Assembly (NCBI RefSeq): GCF_040938485.1
Contig: NW_027271592.1
Location: forward strand, 62,001-126,000
DNA from: Diadema antillarum
Lineage: Eukaryota
Direction of reading: 5' to 3'
DNA length: 64,000 nucleotides
Below, piece by piece: positions 23,740 to 36,650 of this stretch. A program made the translations under genes and the position numbers. A model generated the notes under the pieces. That model did no database searches. It was not told the origin of the DNA and saw nothing but the letters and a program-made list of their open reading frames with translations. The first letter of the stretch is position 1. Every line of letters starts with the position of its first letter.

Positions 23740-26700
23740 NNNNNNNNNNNNNNNNNNNNNNNNNNNNNNNNNNNNNNNNNNNNNNNNNNNNNNNNNNNNN
23801 NNNNNNNNNNNNNNNNNNNNNNNNNNNNNNNNNNNNNNNNNNNNNNNNNNNNNNNNNNNNNNNNNNNNNNNNNNNNNNNNNNNNNNNNNNNNNNNNNNNN
23901 NNNNNNNNNNNNNNNNNNNNNGACTAAGATGACACTGCCGATACTAGTTGCATTAGTGGAGGCAAATGTTAGGGGGGGGTGGGCCTCCGAGGCCCCCCCC
24001 CTCGACGTTTCGTATGATGTATCGCTATCGCGAAAAGCTATCGCCGCGACATTTCATTACTTTTTTCTTTCGAGTCTCCCGCATCTTTTGACACCAAATT
24101 TGCGATGCCCAGGCACGCGGTTCCACAGTTGCGCATTAATATGTACGTGCATGTCAGACCAAAAATTGCTCAAAAACGTGAATTCGTGTACAATTTCAAT
24201 GCAAAACTGTGTTTACAGGCAAATTTCATAAAAGCATGATTATTTTGGGGTTCTATTGATTAAAATCAATTAATAACATACTTTCTTGTTCAGAACAATG
24301 TCACGGACAAATTTCATTGAAAAAACAATGAAAAACATAAAGTCGAAAAAACAAAAAAAATACATAAGATATTAAAAAAACAATAAAATACTTCAGGTTC
24401 AGATTACAGGGCCTACACTGCACTCACTGCATGCGTTGCACACACTACATCTATGGCACAGTTTACTCTCATTGCGTGACTCAAGACGAGTTCTTGGAAA
24501 CGGTGTGTGGCACGGGGAGCGAATCGCGGGAATTCTATCAGCGTAGTATCAACGGTGTTTGGAAATGACTTCGTTGTCACGACAAATTTGCTAATTGTTC
24601 ACCATGTTCTTTGTAATGATATTTCGCACCACACACTTCGATAACTTTGGGACCTTAATATTCAAATCATTTCAACGAAATTCCGTATATTAAGCGTGTT
24701 TATTATTAATGGGAGCGCCCTGTACGATTTTCAAAATGACAATCCATTTCATATATATCCGGTACCGTTTTGAAGGTTAAAATCTTACCGTACTTTTGTA
24801 AATAATCACTGATAGTTGGTAAATATTCAATCGATCAATTGTGATAACTATGCGATCACAAAGATCATTGAAACATTGCATATAACAAATACTGCGCCAG
24901 GTGTAGATTGTAGGCATGTACATACTGTGAGCCCATTTGGCTTATTTATGCGATCTCATCTGAGCATTNNNNNNNNNNNNNNNNNNNNNNNNNNNNNNNN
25001 NNNNNNNNNNNNNNNNNNNNNNNNNNNNNNNNNNNNNNNNNNNNNNNNNNNNNNNNNNNNNNNNNNNNNNNNNNNNNNNNNNNNNNNNNNNNNNNNNNNN
25101 NNNNNNNNTAATAGCAGGAGAACAAGGAAATAATGATTTCGGAAACTTTTCATGCTGTACACCAATAGTTTATTTGTTTTCACAAATTTTCGGACACTGT
25201 ATACCCTTTGTCAGGTGTTCTTCAGATTGATTACATTTTGAGATCAATTGTATTAATTGGGATGAAAGAATTAGAAAAAGATCATTTCAAATGGTACTTT
25301 CATGACTTTATAACATTTTCTGTTTCACTGTTGCACAACCGTTGTATGCCACTTATTAAGTTCATAAAACAACGATTACAGCTTTAATCTCCTAGATTTG
25401 TCGAAAGTGAATTAAAAGCTTTTCACGATAAAATCCTTCGATAATGCCATCTCAGAATGTAAATTTTATTTCCCGCAACTGAACAAATTTCCTGTACTAA
25501 GGTGTTTTCACTTCGATTTATTTCTGTAAAAAGAACATGGTCCTTTGCGGCAATAACATAGAAAACACGAATTGTTTTCTTCCAGCTAATATAAACGGAT
25601 ATATGGACTGTACATAATTTATACATGTAGAAGACGCTTGTGAAGTTTCATGTCCCAGAGTGCGCGTGTCTTGACTTCAGCAGTACATCTGCAAGAAAGA
25701 TAGAGAACACAAGTCAGTGGTTACTGTCAAGTATTCCTTTAATCTCCTAAGAATAAACATACTATTATCATATAACGGTAAAGAAATTAACGGAAAACGA
25801 GGTAACTGTAATTAAAACAACAACAGGCAAACAACGCAGTACCTGTTTAAAAAAACGAACACAGTAACTGTTACCTTACAAAGTAAATTTGCAAGACAAA
25901 AATGTTTTTCAGAAAATTGAAGGTTGACGGCAAAAGTGTTAGTTCGGCATATAAACTTCAGCATCAAAAAGGTTATCAAGATTCGAACAAAACTGTGAAT
26001 AGATGAGAAAAAGAAAGAACTTTGAAACAGCCTTACGTGTTAAGATGCGTATCTGAAACTGGCTGCGGTGTAGAAGAACGCACATGTATGGCGATGCGCC
26101 GTATCCAAAATCTGGTACGCCCATCGGAAATTCCGCTACGTCGCATGTCCCGGAGTTCCAATGTGTTCCGGACGCTCTGTTGCGTCCGGAACGATGGAAA
26201 CTAAAACAAAACACGCCTCATCAAACGGACTAAAAAATCAACAACCCCCCAAAAATGAAACAAACATCAACATGAGGACAAAGCATGCCATAAAAATGAA
26301 AATGAAACTAAAGAAAATCAGCACCGACAAACGAAATGATCAAGTCGGCGCCGCGAAATTAAATCATGCATGCAGTAGAATGATGTTGTAGAGGACGACA
26401 GAACGTTGTACTTGTTACATGTTCCAACCATTTACTACTTTTTGCCGGACATGGCAGCAAACACATTTTGCCTACCGCAAGCCCGATCGCGACTTATTGC
26501 GATCCCGTGCGTGCAAGTAAACACGATCATTTGCTCGCGATAAGGTGGGAACTTGATCGCTGGCTGACCTGTACCTAGATAGCCCGGCCTAGTTAGGGTT
26601 AATGGTTCAAAGTGTGACAATGATGATGGCAATGATTATGATGATGACCCTAGTGGGGATATTACAATACAGACAATAATGACAGTGATAACTGTACAAC

Positions 26701-27473
26701 GATGATGATAGCCATGGTGACGACAATGATAGCTATGAGATATTATGTTTCCTCCCTATGGAACCATTTGGATTATCATTCTAACTTCAAACATTGTCAT
26801 AAAGCTTATAAATTAACAAAAAAAAACAAAAAAAAACTTACAGATAAGAAGAGGTGGCATTAGAAATAATGAATTATTTACCAATGGTTGATGTTACATA
26901 AAACATGAGACATTACGAACTAAGGTTACATTATTCACACATCATAGTTCATACAGAACTCTGGTACATTAACAGAGTCCTATGAACTCAAAATCACATG
27001 ACAAGAAAGGCTGAAAAATGTGGGGTTTTCTTTTAATAGATACCTTAATCTATCTTGTATTCTAAGCTTGACAAACTTTGAAGCAATATCAATAAAGATA
27101 AGGTTTTATCCCTGTCTGGGAGATATGAATTAGACTAGCATCATACCTAACAGGCTAATATCTATGTCTCTCACATTCAAACCTACAGTACCATTTCTCC
27201 ATAAAATGACATTGGAGTGTCATAAAGGCTATGGGAATGAGTAATCTGTAATGGCCTAGAACAGAACATATACTTTTCTACAGGTTGGAGGGGGGAAGGT
27301 TGCAGAATATAGCACAAGTTTCATTCACAATTTCGGTAGAATTCTTCCACCTGTATGGACAAAACAACAATTTTGCTGAATGGGCATTGACGTTTCTTTT
27401 TGCCCCTCACATAGGGCTTATAACAACACAACAAACAGTGCTACATATGAGCTTTGCAGTTTTCTATTCCTAC

Positions 27474-27606
27474 CTGAGATGGGGTTTGTGGTGGTGCAGT
27501 CTCCAGTAGGCTTGGTACTGTCTGTGATGTCACAGGCATAGCTGGTCAGCCACAGGAAGTGGTACTCGCAATTGCCGTCCACGTGGTCAAAGCTGGGCTC
27601 ACTGAC
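27474..27606 (-). CDS. IGF2R: CI-MPR exon, D10 end/D11 start (VSEPSF...CEYHFLWLTSYAC...DCTTTNPIS), 0->1
   Basis: tag acceptor, GTAGGA donor. Translated by hand. Confidence 0.93.
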
Positions 27607-28310
27607 CTATGACATACATCATTGACATATCATTGACATCATATCATGTCGCTGACGCACTAGAATATGTATTCATCTAATCATACATCGATATTAAATG
27701 ATGATTACATAGTGAAGCTGGACAATAAATGTAAAATTAGTAACAAATCATACTTAATGTATGTATATACAGATAACTGAAAATTGTGATGATGACAATG
27801 ATGACGACGATGATAACTTTGCAGACAATAAAGACAGTAATCGTCACAGCATATTTCATTTTGGTAAAATGCCTTGCAATGGAAATCAAACTGACTTCAT
27901 TAAGAGATGTCAAAAAGAGATAATGATAATCGAGCTGTTCAGAATCGATAACCTTATTACACGTCAATAACCCTGGGTTTCTAATTATACAGCAGGGTAG
28001 GACAAACAGCAGAATGCAACTTAAAGTGAAAACATAGTTCTTTCTGGTAAGGGTTTGAGAACCTGTCTTGCACCATTTCATATTTGCTTGCAATATATCG
28101 AAAGAGGCTACCAAGAAACTTACCGATCGGGTAAGTTCCGAGATGCAAACCTTTTTGGTTAATATTTCACATTTTCGACGTTACCCAACGAATATCTTGT
28201 CATTGCAGCCTTATTCCACACATTTCTTAGGCATACGTGTACACATTGGAGCGAAATTTGACAATTTTGCAGGCGGGCCAGAACTATGTTTTGCCTTTAA
28301 AGGGACTCAC

Positions 28311-28458
28311 CATAGAGTTTTTGTCACACTGGATGTTGATCACCGTACTGCGTTTCCTCCCCGAGCCATCGGGACAAGCCTGGCCCGAGGTGTACCTAAG
28401 GACCAGATGACCGTTCTCCACGGTGGGTCCCTGGTCCACCTCCCCGAGGCTGATGTAG
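28311..28458 (-). CDS. IGF2R: CI-MPR exon, D10 (SYISLGEVDQGP...IQCDKNSM), 2->0
   Basis: tag acceptor, GTGAGT donor. Confidence 0.93.
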
Positions 28459-29398
28459 CTACAAGAAGCCGAAGACAAAACAAAAAGAGATAGTTGCATG
28501 CATGCTCAGATGCTCATGGTGTTAACCATCTTACATTAGTTTCCTACAAATTTTACATCAGATATCCAGCAGTTATGGTGCCTATACACGAGCCATACAC
28601 AGAACACACACAGGTTGTATACAATTCATCTCAGACTGTCGCTGCCATAAAGTTATCTTTACCTACATACAGGCACTTGCCAACAATGCAAATTTCTCTT
28701 TACGTGTTTATATTGGTCAGAATTTCAGGAATGGACTTTTGTCTTGTGAAAATCCTCTCTGATGGACTGCGGGTACTGAATGCATCAGCAAAGGCACAGA
28801 TTTGCCAAGAGCGATTCTTCCTGAGGTGATTCAGTTTAAGATCATTGAAAGCTGAGATGAAAAGTGATGATCTTATGTTATCGTTGCGTGCCCGGAAGGA
28901 GGTCACGTAGGCACGCAAGGTGCATGTATTACTTATGCGCCTCGTGTGCATTCCCGTCCTTTTTCCAGGCACACATTATGTTTGTTTTTCAACATTTGCG
29001 AGTCAGCTTATTTACAATATCGTAAGAAATTAAAGGAAAGTATTTTGTTGGCAGAATGAAGTATCACTAACTTGAGGTTGTCCCAACTACTTTAAGGATA
29101 TTACATAATTCAACACAGCATCCATTAAGTACCTGAAAGTAGCCGTTCTCTAACACAACCCCGACATCTCTATTACACATGATACTCACTGGACCAGACA
29201 ATTCTTTTGTTGAACCAACACATACAAAAGTGTAATGCGCCACGTGCCTCACTGATATCCAAATCATCCAAAACGTAAATGGAAACTTTTGTCTGAATTT
29301 GGTGAGATCATCATCGATAAATTAGTTTTACTCCGCAACTTTTCTTTTAAGCACTTTTTCTCCTCGCACACAAACAAAGAGAAATATATCTTCCTCAC

Positions 29399-29462
29399 CT
29401 CTTTTTGCCAGTGGAGTCTGTCGTCTCAAGACACGCTGCAGCGTTGTGGGGGCAAAATTCTC
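29399..29462 (-). CDS. IGF2R: CI-MPR small exon, D10 (GEFCPHNAAACLETTDSTGKK), 1->2
   Basis: 64 nt. Needed to reconcile the phases of its neighbours, and supplies the CP..AAAC motif. Confidence 0.92.
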
Positions 29463-30220
29463 CTGGAATTTCGGAAGCGAGTGAGGGAAAATAGATGAAA
29501 CCACAAACAAAGATCACTACAGACAGATACTACACATCTCCGGGAATTAGAAGGAGAGTAACAATGGACAGAATAATTTAGACAGGAAAACAGTGCAATG
29601 TTGATGCAATATATTTTGCAACAATCTTATAGCCTTGTGAACTTTGGGAGTAAGTTGATATTCATCATATCAACAGCTTGCTATTAAGACCATTGCTGCC
29701 TGCAAAACAAATGCAAGGCATCATTGCCCTCACTGGGGGAAATCCCTAACTTCCATATATCTCATATCACTGCTGTACTTCTTGACATTTTTCACCACTC
29801 GTCAAATTGTCTACAAGTCACAGTTGCAGAATATGTGCCATGCACAGTACTGTAGTTATACCATTATCACTGCTGTTTGGCTGCTCCTCTGTAGGCCTAC
29901 AGCAGCATATACTGCACAGCACCCTGAAGCAACGTACTCACACATAAAACATACCTGTAATCACTCATATATGATAACTCACCACTTCTCCATACTGTAT
30001 TACATACTGCTTTTTCTTGCTATTTCATATGCTGCCCCCCCCCCAAAAAAGCCAACCAACAAACATAATACACAATGCATGAGCATTTATTTATCAACTG
30101 AGTGTTGCAAGAAATGTTTACTGAGAATCAAATATCATCTTTCCCTGATGCAATTACGTAAGAAAAAAAAAATGAAAATGGAATAGTAATGGTTGCCGTG
30201 GGTCTCATACAGTCCCTCAC

Positions 30221-30466
30221 CTTGTGCTCCGTGTCTGTGCCATAGAGACCGGCAGACATTGATGTAATAGGCATCGCCCGTCGTGGCCACGCCCTGCACC
30301 CTGTAGTTGTCGGTCAGCTTGGAGAGAGGGGCGAGGTCGTACTGCTGTCCCCCCTCCCGGTAGCTGCACTCCACCACCTTGAATGGTGGGCAGGCCAGCG
30401 GGGTGGCCCACTCAAAGATGTAGGTGCAATCCGCACTCTCCTGGATGTAATGGGGTGACCCAATCC
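30221..30466 (-). CDS. IGF2R: CI-MPR exon, D9 end/D10 (GIGSPHYIQESADCTYIFEW...HRHGAQ), 1->1
   Basis: tag acceptor, GTGAGG donor. Confidence 0.95.
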
Positions 30467-30807
30467 CTACACAAGATAAAATTTGACTCAATTCATTTCA
30501 CAATTTCCTCACAAAACCCAATATTTCCTCGATGTAACTTTTTTTCATTTCTTATTATTTGCTTTCATCTGCTTAATACACAATGTGAATAGAGAATATG
30601 AACAAAACATCAAAAGCATACAATACACTAAATGGTTCATATGCAATACATACATGTACTACACTGTACATGCAAGTGATGACATTAAAGGTTCCACATG
30701 CGGAAGATGAAGCAAATGCCATTCACCTGTTTGTAATGTACATATGTTATAAATCAATTTACACATACCAAAAGAAAAACATTTACTAAATACTCACATA
30801 ACAAAAA

Positions 30808-31856
30808 CTAGATATATCGCTACGGCGACTGATATGCCTCCGCCATAATGCATGGTTCTCCTAATAGGTGTATAGTACAATGTCTTGACAATGTGTGATG
30901 ACAGTTTCACACAATTGGCAAAATATTAAAATGACAGGTTTGACACAAATGTGCTGAATGTTCACTTTCCTAGAACTAGGTTCAATTGGATGAATGATTA
31001 AAATGTCAGAGTGCAGGTACACTTGTATTTGGGGAACTGATAATTTTTACTTGACTTTTGACCCTTTTATAAGTTTATGCATTGAGTAATTTTCAAGGTA
31101 TTGAGAAAAAGTATAATTTCAGTATCAAATGGGAAAATAGCATTATCTAAACCTTTCGTTTGACCTTTGACCTCACAGTTCCACAGAGAATCACTGTTAG
31201 GTAGAACATGCATAAATATGTAAGTTTCATGATGATACCTTGAGTTACTTTCGAGATATGGAGGAAAAAGTGCAATTTAGCACTTTCACTTGACCTTTTA
31301 CCTTTTGACCTTTGACCTTTTGGCAAGAAACGTCCCCAAAAATATATATTGGGTAATACATGCCATACATCAAGTTTTAAAAAAAAAACCCTTCAGGCAT
31401 ATTGCATTTTAAGGAAAGTAGTGATATTTTGAGGAGTTGACCTTGACCTTTGACCCCCCCCCCGACCTTTGACCCATGACCCCCAACTTCCCTAGATAAT
31501 CACTGCCCATCGGTACAAGCATATATGCTAAGTTCCATGAAGATACCTTGAACCATTTGCGAGATATGGAGAAAAACATGAAATTTCAACTTTTTTTTCA
31601 CAAAATAACCTGTGACCTTTGACCTTTGACCCTGTGACCCTAAAATCCACACAAAGTATTATCCCCCAAGGATATACCCTCATACCAAGTTTGATGTAAA
31701 ACCACCACACGGTTCGTGAGATATCGACAAAAACAAAACGGGACGGACGGACGTACGGACGGACGTACGGACGTACGGACGGACGGACGGACGGACGGAC
31801 GGACGGACGACCCGAAAACATAATGCCTCCGGCCACTTCGTTGCGGAGGCATAAAA
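30808..31856 (-). mobile_element. Helentron/DINE-1-like non-autonomous element, copy 1
   Basis: Read on the minus strand: subTIR ATGCCTCCGC with a nearby inverted copy, (GTCC)n, a 3' subTIR, a small hairpin, a CTAG end and T-rich flanks. Confidence 0.75.
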
Positions 31857-32698
31857 TACCTCACAAACCTACAGAGTCTATGGTAGCTGAAAACATAAGA
31901 AAGCAAAAGACTTCGTTCATTGTTTTTCCCAAAGGGGGGGGGGGGCTCACACATACATATTCTAATACTTCCCGTTCAAACATAAAGTCGGCAGCATATC
32001 TAGTCCAAAAGTGTTTCAGCTTTTTCAAAATGTTTTCTTGCCTGTCACAAACTTGGCTGTTTGCCTTATTGCACACAAACACAACAAAATACTATACACA
32101 CATTTTGCACTCATCACATACGTGCACAACATACAGTGTACCAGACATACATGATATCCGACAACAACAAAGAAATATTAGGAAGTATCAAGATAATCAT
32201 GTTCAATAGATTTTGTGAGGTTTTTTTGTTGCTGTTTTTCCTGCTAAGCGAGCATCTTCTTTGATCTGGTTGTTTCTGCCACCCCCCTCCATCTTTGAGT
32301 GTATCTATCAACTCACTTCTGGCGAAGAATTAAGGTTTACATACAACTTTCAGGGAGATCTGGGCAGTTGATATTAGAATGCAAACTGTTTTGATCATGG
32401 AGTTAGAAATGCCTTTCTGAAATGTTTAAAAAAAAAAAAAGTGTGATCACACAAACGTTTGAGCCAGAAATGCATTTATTTGGAGATAATATATGCTAAG
32501 TCATTCTGAAAAGCATTTATACAAGTAGATTGGACCTGGAGACGCCAACCACTGCCAACTACACATCTCCTGCTACTGCTCCTCGGGTCATAGAGGTGAT
32601 AAACAATTCAAGAAATGCAATCTGAAGTGCCTTGGCAAAGACGTTTTGATGGTGGGTATTAAAACGTGTTTCAAACATGGGGAAGATGATAAACGCAG

Positions 32699-33267
32699 CC
32701 GTGCGGCCGTGATTTGGCAGAAGTACCTATCTCGATTTTTTGACATTTTTTGTTTTTTTGCTCATTGAGTTTTTCACAACATCATGCTTAATATGTTAAA
32801 ATATGATTTTATAACTTTGTCATTTTTAACATAAAATTCTCAAATATCAAGGTTTTGGGGTAAAAATGACGTCATTGAGCTGGCAGAACTATGTAACTGC
32901 TATAGTTACGTAGTTTTGCCTGATCGTACTCCCTCATTGAGGCAGCTTGAGCGGCTGGCAGAACTACATATCTCAAGTTCCGATCAGTACGCGCGTGTCG
33001 TATTTGTACACAATGTATGGGATTCTCATGATCAGGCAGAACTATGTATCTTTTAATAAACTTAAATGTGTGGCAATGAGCATTTATTTTGAGTTAGATA
33101 AAATATAAAAGTTTCCTTTTTCAGGAACACAATTCCTTTTTGTAGAACACAATTCTAAGTTATGTAAATCACTCTATGTTAAACGGCAGGCGTTTAAACT
33201 TTAAACGTGAATATCTCGAAATCACTTCAAACAAGATACGTAGTTTTGCCAGATCACGGCCGCGTGG
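32699..33267. mobile_element. MITE with TIR gcggccgtgat(t/c)tggca
   Basis: Imperfect ~30-bp inverted ends. Confidence 0.6.
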
Positions 33268-33277
33268 TGTTACTCAC

Positions 33278-33406
33278 CCTCCACATTTTCATCGCAGTAG
33301 AAGTTGATGGCTGTGGATCTCTGGTAGACAGTGTGGCAGGTGGAACCCTGGGTGTAGTTCAGCTTCAGAACACCGTTAGAGTAAGTCAGGTTTTTGTTGA
33401 ACAATC
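33278..33406 (-). CDS. IGF2R: CI-MPR exon, D9 (GLFNKNLTY...[20 protein letters not shown]), 1->1
   Basis: Near-identical to human [16 protein letters not shown]. Confidence 0.96.
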
Positions 33407-34376
33407 CTGGGTAAGGAAGGGATAACAGTAATTTAAGGAAATCTACCCGGCACACTTCAACAACCAAGATCTTCACAAGACCGGAATACACTTGCTAAGG
33501 TTTCTGTGCAGCAGAAGTATTGCATTACAAGCACATTCTAGATAATCACGGGAGTATTAAAGAGATTCAGTTTTTTTAATTTGCAGTTCCTACAATGCAT
33601 AAAATCCACGAGATTCAAAGTGTAAAACATGGATGGGTTTCACACTTGAAATGAAAGAACTCCTCTATAATAGTCTTATAAAAAAACCAACAACAACTTT
33701 CCTCCCATGTGAGTCATTCTGCAAAGTTTGATGGCACAACTTGAGTCAAGTTCTTCATAAACATGATTTTAAGATCACACTTGGCCAACTGCATTCTAGA
33801 GGTGAATTTCTCTTACGTTTTGTTGTGATTCTGAGCTCACTGTGAAGTCAGAATGGCTTGGCTCATACCGTATGTCCTAAAAAAAATTTCAACAGCACCC
33901 TCCGCAATCATAACTTAAAAAATTGTGTGTCAATCCAAACATAATTTCAGGGTATGAAACTATAACTTATTACCCACATCTTACTGAAAACCCCATCCAA
34001 TTTGCTTCAGTGGTCATAGAGAAATAAGGATTTTTGTAGAGCATGTCAGGAATCCCTTCCCTCCAGGTTCTGCCCATTGTGTTCACACATTGATATGCAG
34101 ATCCAAGAGCATCCCAGTGCAATAAACTTGGAAGAATCAGACCCATGACATGCTTTACAACAATCCACATTTCTCTGTGACCATTTAACCAAAATGAATG
34201 GGGGTTTCTGTAAAATGTAGGTAAGATGTTATATTTTTAGACCCTGAAATAGCATTCAGACAATTTAATCATATTGGAAACTATCAATGTAAAAATAAGA
34301 TTGTAATTTTTGGGGGACATACTGTACAGCATCATTGAGGAGATCAAACTCAGTTTGACCTTTCACCTTAACCATG

Positions 34377-34520
34377 GTGCATGCATAAATGCACATACCC
34401 TTATAGTTGAGCATATCAAAAGTTGTGCATGCATAAATGCACATACCCTTATAGTTGAGCATATCAAAAGTTGTGCATGCATAAATGCACATACCCTTAT
34501 AGTTAAGCATATCAAAAGTT
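34377..34520. repeat. 48-bp tandem repeat x3
   Basis: Unit gtgcatgcataaatgcacatacccttatagttgagcatatcaaaagtt. Confidence 0.92.
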
Positions 34521-35071
34521 GCATACATTGTTGAAAAGCCATGCAGTGTGTGTTACATCAGTTGTATGGAGTGTTGTGTGCTGTTTACATTAGAAGCTTA
34601 CAAGCATTGCCTTCAGTTGGTCCAGTCATATTTCAAACTCTTATTTGTTATGAACCCAAGTTTTGGTTCCATCATTTATTTGGGAACATGGCTTTGAGTT
34701 TAATGTATTTGCTCATAACGATCACTGCATTTGTTCATATATTACTGCATTTACTTTCAAAGCTATTGTCTATGTTTTAAATTGCATTTTGATGATTTTG
34801 ATATCGCTTTATCCAGTGATATATATTGTATTTGGTTGTTGTTAAGAAATATGAGAAATAAATTCCATAAACATGACGTAAGTGTTCAGCAAAAGAGACT
34901 TTCTACAGTGTCTGAATGCTCCCGTAACTCTACTCACGCTTAGCAGAATGTTTTAGAACCATTATAATGCACGAGGAAGACTTTGGTAAATCTGAAACCC
35001 CTAACAAATTCTGGAGCAATTACTCTCCTTATGTGAAACCTTCTGTCGCACTGCCCGGGCGGAGATCTCAC

Positions 35072-35291
35072 CTGCGTTCTTGAACGTCCCATCCGCCATC
35101 TTCTGGCAGCCGCCCACGGTGCCGCCGGCGCAGTCACCCTGGCCCGAGACCAGCGGGCCGCAGACGTTGATGTTATAGGTGTACTCGCTGGTGGTGACGG
35201 TGTAGTCCTGGGTCTTGCTGTACAGGGTCGACAGGTTGAACTCATACCCAAACTCTGGGACCTGGACGGAACAGTTGCCTCCCACCACTCT
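35072..35291 (-). CDS. IGF2R: CI-MPR exon, D9 (RVVGGNCSV...GGCQKMADGTFKNA), 0->1
   Basis: cag acceptor, GTGAGA donor. Confidence 0.94.
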
Positions 35292-35319
35292 CTGGTGTCA
35301 AAAGAAAGAAAGAAAGAAA

Positions 35320-36378
35320 CTAGATATATCGCTACGGCTACTGATATGCCTCCGCCATAATGCATGGTTCTCCTAATAGGTCTATAGTACAATGTCTTGA
35401 CAATGTGTGATGACAGTTTCACACAAGTGGCAAAATATTAAAATGACAGGTTTGACACAAATGTGCTGAATGTTCACTTTCCTAGAACTAGGTTCAATTG
35501 GATGAATGATTAAAATGTCAGAGTGCAGGTATTTGGGGAACTGATGATTTTTACTTGACTTTTGACCCTTTTATAAGTTTATGCATTGAGTAATTTTCAA
35601 GGTATTGAGAAAAAGTATAATTTCAGTATCAAATGGGAAAATAGCATTATCTAAACCTGGCCTTTGACCTTTGACCCCACAGTTCCAAAGAGAATCACTG
35701 TTAGGTTGAAAATGCATAAATATGTAAGTTTCATGATGATACCTTGAGTTACTTTCGAGATATGGAGGAAAAAGCGCAATTTAGCACTTTCACTTGACCT
35801 TTTACCTTTTGACCTTTGACCTTTCGGCAAGAAACTTCCCCCAAAATATATATTGGGTAATACATGCCATACATCAAGTTTTTAAAAAAAAAACCTTCAG
35901 GCATATTGCATTTTAAGGAAAGTAGAGATATTTTGAGGAGTTGACCTTGACCTTTGACCCCCTGACCTTTGACCCATGACCCCCAACTTTCCTAGATAAT
36001 CACTGCCCATCGGTACAAGCATATATACTAAGTCACACATGAAGATACCTTGAACCATTTGCGAGATATGGAGAAAAACATGAAATTTCAATTTTTTTTC
36101 ACAAAATAACCTGTGACCTTTGACCCTTGACCCTGTGACCCTAAAATCCAAACAAAGTATTATCCCCCAAGGATATACCCTCATACCAAGTTTGATGTAA
36201 AACCACCACACGGTTCTTGAGATATCGACAAAAACAAAACGGGACGGACGGACGTACGGACGTACGTACAGACGTACGGACGTACGTACAGACGTACGGA
36301 CGTACGGACGGATGGACGGACGGACGGACGACCCGAAAACATAATGCCTCCGGCCACTTCGTTGCGGAGGCATAAAAA
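35320..36378 (-). mobile_element. Helentron/DINE-1-like element, copy 2
   Basis: Nearly identical to 30808-31856, same orientation and same termini. Confidence 0.75.
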
Positions 36379-36550
36379 GATTGAATTGCAACTGATTGAC
36401 AAATCATTGACGTAAATAAATAAGTAAATATTTACGTCGATGTAGGACAATTTGTCAATCAGTTGCAATGAAAACATCTCGACGGAAGAATTTCATTTGA
36501 ATAATTACGCAGTACCCTCTGCATGCTATAAGGATTAGAACCAACACTTG

Positions 36551-36650
36551 CTGTCAGGTGGAAGCTCGGTGGTCTGGTGGAGATGACGCCTGTCCAGAGA
36601 TCAGGAGGTCGTAAGTTCGAATCCTGCTCGAGTATGTATGCCCATGTTTT
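36551..36650 (+). mobile_element. tRNA-derived SINE head
   Basis: tggtctggtgg and agttcgaatcc boxes, lying between two ~65-bp direct repeats (about 36434 and 36694). Confidence 0.5.

Noticed and set aside
23922-26602. Possible large DNA-transposon remnant in the D11 intron
   Set aside because: It looks repeat-like and has a ttaaccctaactagg-type end, but gaps interrupt it and I found no matching second terminus or transposase ORF.
34377-34520. Regular repeats as a CRISPR-like array
   Set aside because: The units are head-to-tail without unique spacers, in a eukaryotic intron.
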